Made by a program: the position numbers and the translations under genes
NCBI RefSeq assembly: GCF_004010195.1
Contig: NC_057718.1
Location: 525,568-569,011, forward strand
DNA: 43,444 nucleotides
Direction: 5' to 3'
Origin: Chiloscyllium plagiosum
Lineage: Eukaryota
Part shown: positions 35,590-43,444 of the stretch, in pieces
How the letters are laid out: every line of letters starts with the position of its first letter
How positions within the stretch are numbered: the stretch's first letter is position 1
The notes under the pieces: generated by a model
The model's database searches: none
The model's input: the letters and a program-made list of their open reading frames with translations, nothing else
Told to the model about the DNA's origin: nothing

Positions 35590-38500
35590 AATTTTTTTAA
35601 TTTAGCATTTATTGCCTGTCCCTAGTTGCCCTTGAGAAGGTGGTGGTGAGCTGCCTTCTTGAACTATTGCAGTTCACCTGTTGTGGGTCAACCCACAATG
35701 CCAGAGAGGGAATTCAAGATTTTGATCCAACGATAGTGAAGGAACAGTAGTATATTGCCAAGTCAGCATGGTGTGGGGCTTGGAGGGAAAATGTGCAGAT
35801 GGTGGTATTTCCATGTATCTTGCTACACTTGTCCTGCTCGATGGAAGGAGTTGTGGGTTTGAAAGGTGCTATCTGAGGCTCTGCACACATGCTGGAGATA
35901 GTACACACTGCTGCTGAGTGTTGGTGATGGAGGGAGTGGTTGTTTGTGGATGCAGTGCCAATCAAGTACACTTGGTCCTTGATGATGTCAAGCTTCGAGT
36001 GTTAGAATAAAGAAACTTTACAGCCCAGGAACAGGCTCTTCGGCCCTCCAAGCCTGAGGCAATCTAAATCTACTGTCAAAACCGGTCGTCCAATTCCTAA
36101 GCATCTGTATCCCTCTGCTCCCCACCTACTCATGCATCTGTCCAGACGCATCTTAAATGAATCTAATGTGCCTGTCTCTACCACCTCTGCTGGCAACGCG
36201 TTCCAGATGCCCACCCTCTATGTAAAGTAGTTGCCACGTGTATACCCCTTAATCCTTTCACCTCTCACCTTGAAAGCGTGACGTCTCGTTACTGAATCCT
36301 TCACCCTGTGAAAACGCTTATCTCTATCCACCCTGTCTGTACCCTTCATGATTTTGTAAACCTCAATCAGGTCCCCCCCTCAATCTCCTTTTTTCGAATG
36401 AAAACAATCCTAACCTACTCAACCTCTTCATAGCTAGCACCTTCCATACCAGGCAACATCCTCGTAAATCTTCTGCAGCCTCTCCAAAATGTCCACATCC
36501 TTTTGGTAATGTGGCGACCAGAACTGTACACAGTATTTTAAATGCGGCCGAACCAATGTCTAGTACAATTTTGACATGACTTGCCAGCTCTTATACTCAA
36601 TACCCCGTCCGATGAAGTCAAGCATACTACATGCCTTCTTGACCACTCTATCCACCTGTGCAGCAAGCTTCAGGGTACAATGGACCTGCACTCCCAGATC
36701 TCTCTGCTCATCAACTTTTCCCAAGGCTCTTCCATTCATTATATAATTCGCTGTAGAATTAGACTTGCCTAAATGCATCACTGAACATTTGTCTGGATTG
36801 AAATCCATCTGCCACTTTCCACCCAACTCTCCAGTCTATCTATATTCTCCTGTATTCTCTGACAGTCCCTTAGACTTTCTGCTACTCTACCAATCTTCGT
36901 GTCATCTGCAAACTTGCTGATCATACCAACAATGCCCTCTTCCAGATCTCTCTCTCTCTATATATATGGCCCCAGCACTGATCACTGTGGAAGACCACTG
37001 GTCACCTTTCTCCATTTTGAGAAACTCCCTTCAACTACTACTGTCTTCTGTGCTCAACCAGTTCTTTATCCACCTAGCTAGAACACCCTGCACACCATGT
37101 GACTTCACCTTCTCCATTAGCCTACTACGGGGAACCTTATCAAATGCCTTACTAAAGTTCATGTATATGACATCTACAGCCCTTCCTTCATCTATTGTTG
37201 TTGGAACTGCACTCGAGCTGGGGAGGGGGAGGGGGTGGGGGTGGGAATTGGGGAATATTCCATCACATTCCTGGAGATAATGGGACAGGCTTTGGGGAGT
37301 TTGGAGGGGAGTTACTTGCTGCAGTATTCTTCACCTCTGATCTGCGTTCATAGCCAATGTTAATATGAGGAGTGCAGAGGAGTTTCTTGTCAATGGTAAT
37401 TCCCCAGATGTTGATAGTAGAGCATTCAATGATGGTAACACCATTGAATGTCAAGGAGCAGTGGTTAGATTGTCTCTTCTTGATGGTCATAGGCTTCACA
37501 AAATGTGACTTGTCACTTTTCAGTCCAAGCCTGGATATTGTGCAGATCTTGTTCATTTGAACTTGAACTGCTTCAGTTTGCAGCAGTGGGAATGGTGCTG
37601 AAAAGTGTACAATCAATCATTGGCAAACATCCTAACATCTGACCTCCAATGGATAGAAGATGGTTGGGCTTAGGACACTATCCCAAGGAACTCCTCAGAG
37701 ATGTCTTAGAGCAGAAATGACTGATCCCCGACAACCACCTTCCTGTGCAAGGTATGATTCTGACCACTGGAAAGTGTGCCCCCCCCACCTCCTGATACAC
37801 ATTGATTCTAGTTTAACTCAGGCTCCTTGATGCCACATTCAGTTGAACGCAGTCAAAGGCTGTCCCTCTCCCCTGCCCTCAGGAATTCAGCTCTTTTGTC
37901 CATATTTGACCCAAGGCTGTAATGGAGGTCAGGAGCTGAGTGGCCCTGGGGGAATCCAAACTGGGCGTCACTGAGCAGGTTATAGCTGAGCAGGTGCTGC
38001 CTGATAACTCTGTTACTGACACTATCCATCACTTTACTGAGGATGGAGAGTAGACTGATGGAGCAGGAATTGGCCAGGTTGGATTTGTCCTACATTTTAC
38101 GTGCAGGACGTATCCGAACAATTTCCCACTGTTGGTTAAATGCCAGTATAACTGTATTAGAACAGCTTGGCTAGGAGGCAGCACATTGTGGAGCACACAT
38201 CTTCAGTGGTATTGCCGGAAGGTTGTCAGGGCCCATAGTCTTTGCAGTATCCAGTGCCTCCAACCATTTCCTGAAAATGACACAAATTAATCAAACTGGC
38301 TGAAGACTGGTATCTGTGATGCTGGGGACCACTGGAGGAGGCCAGGATGGATCACCCACTCGGCACTTCTGGCTGAAGATTGCTGCAAAAGTTTCAGCCT
38401 TATTTTTTTGCCCTGATGTGCTGGGCTCTTCCATCATTGAGGATGGGGATATTTGTGGAGCCTCCTTGTCCAGTGAGTTGTTAATTCACGACTGGATGTG

Positions 38501-38780
38501 GCAGACTGCAGAGCTTAGATCTGATCCATTGGCTGTGGATTCTGTTAGCTCTGTCTATCACTTGCTGCTTATGCTCTTTAGCACAGACAGTCCTGTTTGG
38601 TGGCTTCACCAAATTGACACCTCATTTTCAGGTATTCCTGGTGCTGCTCATGGATGCCCAGTCTCGAGTTGCTAGGTCTGTTTGAAGTCTGTCCCATTTA
38701 GCACGCTGATAGTGCCACACAACACGAGTGAGGGTGTTCTCAGTGTGAAGGCGAGACTTAGTCTCCAAAAGGACTGGATA
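35590..38780 (-). mobile_element. Old decayed LINE, split by a younger CR1 insertion
   Basis: Fragments RVVWHYQRAKWDRLQTDLATRDWASM and LTFNGVTIIECSTINIWGITIDKKL; sequence resumes across 36002-37195. Confidence 0.65.
36002..37195 (-). mobile_element. CR1-like LINE 3' portion nested in older LINE
   Basis: WQMDFNPDKCSVMHLG...EQRDLGVQVH and IWNALPAEVVETGTLDSFK. Confidence 0.88.
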
Positions 38781-39596
38781 ACTAAGGAAATAAAGGAGGG
38801 CATCAAATTGAAAACTAATGCACAAAGTAGCAAAGATTAGTGGGAAACTAGGGGATTGGGAAATCTTTAAAAGACTGACAGAAAGCTACAATAGAAACTA
38901 TAAAGTTAAGATGGACTATGAGAGTAAACTTGCTCCGAATATAAAAACAGCAAAAGTTTCTACAAAGATATAAAACGAGTAGGAGCAGTTCAGGTAAACA
39001 TTAATCCTTTCGAGGATTGGAAGGGGGGTGATTTAATACTGGGAAATGAGGAACTGGCCGAGGCATTGAACAGATATTTTGTGCCAGTCTTCACAGTGAA
39101 AGACACAAATAACATGCCAATAATTGATAACAGGCTATGGCAGGTGAGGACCTAGGAGGTAGACAAATGGCAGGTCACTATGGGCCTATTAGGTTAACTT
39201 CTGTAGTGGGGAAAGTAATAGATTCAAATCATCAAGGAACAAAAACAGAGACACCTGGAAATAAATTGTCCCACCGGGCAGATGCAGCACATGTTCATGA
39301 AAGGTAGGTCATGTTTAATGTATTTACTGGAATTCTTTAAGGACATTATGATCAGTGGACAACAGGTGGATGTGGTGTATCTGGATTTCCAGAAGGCATT
39401 CGACAAGATGCACAAAAGGCTGCTGCATAAGATAAAGGTGTATCGCGTAACGGGTAATGTATTAACATGGATGGAAGATGAGTTAACTAACAGAAAGCTG
39501 AACAATGGGGATAAATGGGTGTTTTTCTAGTTGGCAATCAATCAGTGGCTGGTAGTATGACTCAGGGATCAGTGTTGGGACCACAATTATTTGCAA

Positions 39597-39853
39597 GTGG
39601 CTCAGTGGTTAGCACAGCTGCCTCTCAGCACCAGGGACCAGAGTTCGATTCCACCCTCAGGTGATTGACTGAGTGGAGTTTACAAATTCTGCCCGTGTCG
39701 GAGTGGGTTTCCTCCGGGTGCTCCACTTTCCTCCCACGATCCAAAGATGTGCAGGTTAGGTGGGGGGGGGGGGGGTCTTCAGCAGGTCGGTATGGACTCA
39801 GTGGGCTGAATGGCCTCCATCCACAGTGTAGGGATTCTATGATTCCATTCTAT
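39597..39853 (+). mobile_element. tRNA-derived SINE (HE1-like)
   Basis: A-box TGGCTCAGTGG 39598-39608, B-box GTTCGATTCC 39643-39652, attctatg tail. Confidence 0.85.
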
Positions 39854-39892
39854 GAATTTACACGGATGATTTAGAATTGGGGACCGAGTGTA

Positions 39893-40192
39893 GATTACGT
39901 AGATTCCCTACAGGCCCTTCGGCCTAACCAGTCCACACCGACCCTCCGAAGAGTAACCCACCCAGACCCATTTCCCTCTGACAATGCACCTAACACTACG
40001 GGCAATTTAGCACGGCCAATTCACCTGACCTGCACATCTTTGGACTGTGGGAGGAAACCGGAGCACCAGGACGAAACCCACGCAGACACGGGGAGAATGT
40101 GCAAAGTCCACACAGTCAGTCGCCTGAGGCGGGAATTGAACCTGGGACCCTGGTGCTGTGAGGCCGTGCTAACCACTGAGCCACCGTGCCAC
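39893..40192 (-). mobile_element. tRNA-derived SINE (HE1-like)
   Basis: Minus strand GGCACGGTGGCTCAGTGGTTAGCAC...GGTTCAATTCC and the same body as the + copy. Confidence 0.88.
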
Positions 40193-41643
40193 CCCATAGT
40201 GTGGCAGCGAAGGGAATATTGTCCTTCACAGCTCAAGGAATGGAGTTTAAAAACAGGGAGGTTATGCTTAAGCTGTATTGGATGCTGGTGAGACCACACC
40301 TGGAGTACTATTTTGGTCTCCTTACTGAGAAGGTGTGCTCTGGCACTAGAGGGGGTACAGAGGAGGTTCACCAGGGCAGATTCCAGACTGGAGGGTTAGC
40401 TTAATTGGAGAGACCTAGTAGACTGTGATTATATTCATTGGAATATAAAACAATGCGGTGGGGGTGGAAGAGAAGAAGGATTGTATAAAATAAATAATAT
40501 TATGAAGGGAATCAATAATATAGAGGCAGGGAGGATCTTTCCACCAGTGGGTGCAACTAGAACAAGGGGGGCATAGCCTCAAAATAAGGGCAGCAAGTTT
40601 AGGACTGAGTTGAGGAGGAACTTCAACCAAAGGGTACAACAGAGTGTTACAAGGGACATAGATTTAAGGTGAAGGGTGGAAGGTATAGGGGGGGGGGGGG
40701 GGTTATCCCCCTTCACTCTTTACCGAGAGAGGGGTGGGGGAATGGAATGCGCTGCCTGTGGGAGTGGTAGAGTCAGAATCTTTGGTGACCTTTAAGCGGC
40801 AATTGGATAGGTACATGGATGGGTGCTTAAGCTAGGACAAATGTTCGGCACAACATCGTGGGCCGAAGGGCCTGTTCTGTGCTGTATTGTTCTATGTTCT
40901 GGGTTTGTGAATCTGTGGAATTTCCTGCCCAGATGGAGCAGTTGAGGCTATCTCATTGAATGTTTTGAAGGCAAAAATATTCACATTTTAGAACAGTAAA
41001 CGAATTAGGGGTTATGGTGAGCGGGTGGGTAAATGGAGCTGAGTCCACAAAAAGATCAGCCGTGATCTTATTAAATAGCAGAACAGGCTCGATGGGCCGG
41101 GTGGCCTACTCCTATTTCCGAGGTAGTCCTCTTCTGAGGGAGTTTGAACATCACAGCTCACCCTGTGCTGTACCTATCCCAGGAATGTTTGTGGAGGGAG
41201 TTTTACTTTTAATTTTAAAGAGTAGAGAGAACCTTATTTTCAGTTTTAAAAAGAGTAGCAGGAGCCTTACTTTGCATTTAAAATCTTTACTTTCAATTTG
41301 GAAAAAAAAAGGTGAAGCTGCCTATTGTTCAGTTTAAAAAAGGTTGAGAGATCTTTATTTCACATGCACAGAGTGGAGAGTTTGATGGGATATTGTAGAA
41401 CAAGTTTTACTGTATCTAAACCTCTGGTCCTGTGAATGTTTGATGGGGACAGTGTAGAGAGAGATTTACTGTATCTAACCCCGGGTTATTTTGGGAATGT
41501 TTGATGGGGACAGTGTATAATTTTACTTTGGTTTCAAATAAAGGCAGCTTTTCTGTACTTTTTTTAAAAACTAAAAGCAATCTTTAATCCATATCTAACC
41601 CCGTGCTGTTCCTGCAATTCAGGCAGCATCCGACGAGCAGCAA

Positions 41644-41679
41644 AATCGACGTTTCGGGCAAAAGCCCTTCATCAGGAAT
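41644..41679 (-). ncRNA. Minimal hammerhead ribozyme, family A, intact core
   Basis: Minus strand attc-CTGATGA-a-GGGC-tttt-GCCC-GAAA-C-GTC-gatt. Confidence 0.75.
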
Positions 41680-42009
41680 AAAGGCAGAGAGCCTGAAGCA
41701 CATCCATCAAAGTTTTACCTGCACACCCACCAATATCATTTATTGTATCCGTTGCTCCCGATGCGGTCTCCTCTACATTGGGGAGACTGGGCGCCTCCTA
41801 GCAGAGCGCTTTAGGGAACATCTCCGAGACACCCGCACCAATCAACCAAACCGCCCCGTGGCCCAACATTTCAACTCCCCCTCCCACTCTGCCGAGGACA
41901 TGAAGGTGCTGGGCCTCCTTCACCGCCGCTCCCTCACCACCAGACACCTGGAGGAAGAACGCCTCATCTTCCAACTCGGAACACTTCAACCCCAGGGCAA
42001 CAATGTGGA

Positions 42010-42052
42010 NNNNNNNNNNNNNNNNNNNNNNNNNNNNNNNNNNNNNNNNNNN
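42010..42052. other. Assembly gap (43 N)
   Basis: Run of N. Confidence 0.99.
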
Positions 42053-42084
42053 TTATCTCTCCACGCTTCAGGTTCTCTGCCTTT

Positions 42085-42120
42085 ATTCCTGATGAAGGGC
42101 TTTTGCCCGAAATGTCGATT
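42085..42120 (+). ncRNA. Minimal hammerhead ribozyme motif, family A
   Basis: attc-CTGATGA-a-GGGC-tttt-GCCC-GAAA-tGTC-gatt (C>T in the helix III palindrome). Confidence 0.65.
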
Positions 42121-42703
42121 TTGCTGCTCCTCGGATGCTGCCTGAATTGCTGTGCTCTTCCAGCACCACTGATCCAGAATCTGGTTTCCAGCATCTGCAG
42201 CCATTGTTTTTACCCTGTGCTGTTCCTGTCCAGGGAGCATTTTATGGGGATACTGTTGTGGTTGCTTTATTTTCAATTCAAAAGGGATTAGGGAGCTTAA
42301 CTTTCTGTAGGAAACAGTAGACCCCACTCCCAGTCTTGGCAGTGTTTGATTGGGACAGTGTAGAGAGAGCTTTACGTTCGGTTAAAAGAGTCAAGGGAGC
42401 TTTACTTTTAGTTTAAAAGCATAGAGGCAGCTTTACTTTGTATCTAACCCAGTGCTGTCCCTGTCTTGGGAGTGCTTGATAGGGACAGTTAGAGGCAACT
42501 TTACTCTGTATCTAACTTGTGTTGTTCCGGTTAGTACAATTGTGGGCAATCCAAAGGTTTCCACTCACCTGGTTAGCATTACAACTTCATGACAGCACAT
42601 TCCCGTCAACAGCTAGAAAGCTATTCTGGTTAAAATGACTGTCATGTCCACACTGTACTGTGTCTCCATTAAGGATGGTCACTCATTGCCCAGAAACACT
42701 TAC

Positions 42704-42822
42704 CCATTCCCACATTCAAATTTACAGCAGCTCAAAAGGTCTTCAGCAGAGATCTCCACGTTGACTTTCCCTTTGGAATGGATACAAATCCTGTCAGACA
42801 TTGCCTCCACTGCACCAAAGGC
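42704..42822 (-). CDS. CTSB: Cathepsin B exon (follows the catalytic Cys exon, which is outside the window)
   Basis: tccctcag|[40 protein letters not shown]|gtaagt, 119 nt. Confidence 0.97.
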
Positions 42823-43303
42823 CTGAGGGAAAAGAGCGAGCAACTAGTCAGCAACTTATCAGTAATGCTGACCCAGGAGGCCACACTCCTGAACAATTTA
42901 AAAAAAATAAACTCAAGCCATTGAAAGTTCTGTGGCCCACACAACTCTCGTTTATCAGCCAGTGTACTCGCTGACCAATAGCTTGTTCCTCCACAAGACG
43001 TGGGAATCTCTGGCCAGGACAGTATTTATTACTCATCACGAATTGCCCAGAGGGCAGTTAAGGGTCACCCACGTTGCTGTGGGTCTGGAGTCACATGTCA
43101 GCCAGACCAGGTAAGGATGGCAGATTCCTTCCCGAAAGGGAATCAGTGATCCAGATGGGTTTTTCCCCCAAAATCAAACAGTGGATTCACTGTCATCACA
43201 AGATCCCAAATTCCAGATATTTATTGAATTTAAATTCCACCATCAGCTACACCAGAATTCAAACCCAGGTCCTCAAAATATTACCAGGGTCTCTGGATTA
43301 ATA

Positions 43304-43444
43304 CAGGCAGCATCCGAGGACAGGCAAAATCCGAGGACAGGCAAAATCGACGTTTCGGACAAAAGCCCTTCATCAGGAATAAAGGCAGAGAGCCTGAAGG
43401 GGGGAGAGGAAAGCTAGAGGGGGGGGGGGGTGGGGATAGAGTAG
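43304..43444 (-). mobile_element. Penelope-like terminus with hammerhead motif, cut by window edge
   Basis: Minus strand CTGATGA-a-GGGC-tttt-GTCC-GAAA-C-GTC at 43349-43376. Confidence 0.75.

Larger units (their letters stand above)
38785..41120 (+). mobile_element. Fragmented CR1-like LINE with nested SINEs and a younger CR1 tail (~40640-40900)
   Basis: GRSCLMYLLEFF...VDVVYLDFQKAFDKM and MEFKNREVMLKLYWMLVRPHLEY. Confidence 0.8.
41615..42211 (+). mobile_element. Penelope-like element 3' fragment (GIY-YIG endonuclease) with inverted termini
   Basis: IIYCIRCSRCGLLYIGETGRLLAERFREH GIY-YIG motif; 41615-41700 is the reverse complement of ~42065-42150; flanked by near-duplicate acccYgtgctgttcctg (41598-41614, 42212-42228). 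Confidence 0.9.
41160..42530 (+). repeat. Degenerate ~68-bp repeat cluster (same family as 28356-28600), interrupted by a Penelope-like insertion
   Basis: Recurrent tgtttgatggggacagtgtagag / ctttact / tatctaaccc motifs. Confidence 0.7.

Noticed and set aside
39597..39660. tRNA gene
   Set aside because: A/B boxes continue into a SINE body and tail; it is a tRNA-derived SINE head.

Overview
Vertebrate genomic DNA, most likely a shark (inferred from the elasmobranch-type tRNA-derived SINEs and CR1-like LINEs). It holds a complete 8-exon squalene synthase gene (FDFT1, + strand, CDS 8195-27985, 413 aa) converging tail-to-tail with the last six coding exons of cathepsin B (CTSB, - strand, 31980-42822), the same arrangement as in human. 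The rest is largely CR1 LINE, Penelope-like, Gypsy-like LTR and SINE debris plus tandem repeats. Notable points: (1) about a dozen minimal hammerhead-ribozyme motifs of three sequence families, several in sense orientation inside host introns; (2) a near-perfect ~8 kb, A-free 32-bp satellite in FDFT1 intron 1, which explains the ~3000-aa ORFs; (3) a minisatellite rich in SRE-like motifs between the FDFT1 promoter and ATG; (4) a second CCAAT/SRE-like cluster with a candidate alternative first exon in intron 1; (5) a 212-bp palindromic hammerhead-bearing insertion with a perfect 14-bp target-site duplication. All calls were made by eye; no searches or folding were run, and repeat boundaries are approximate.
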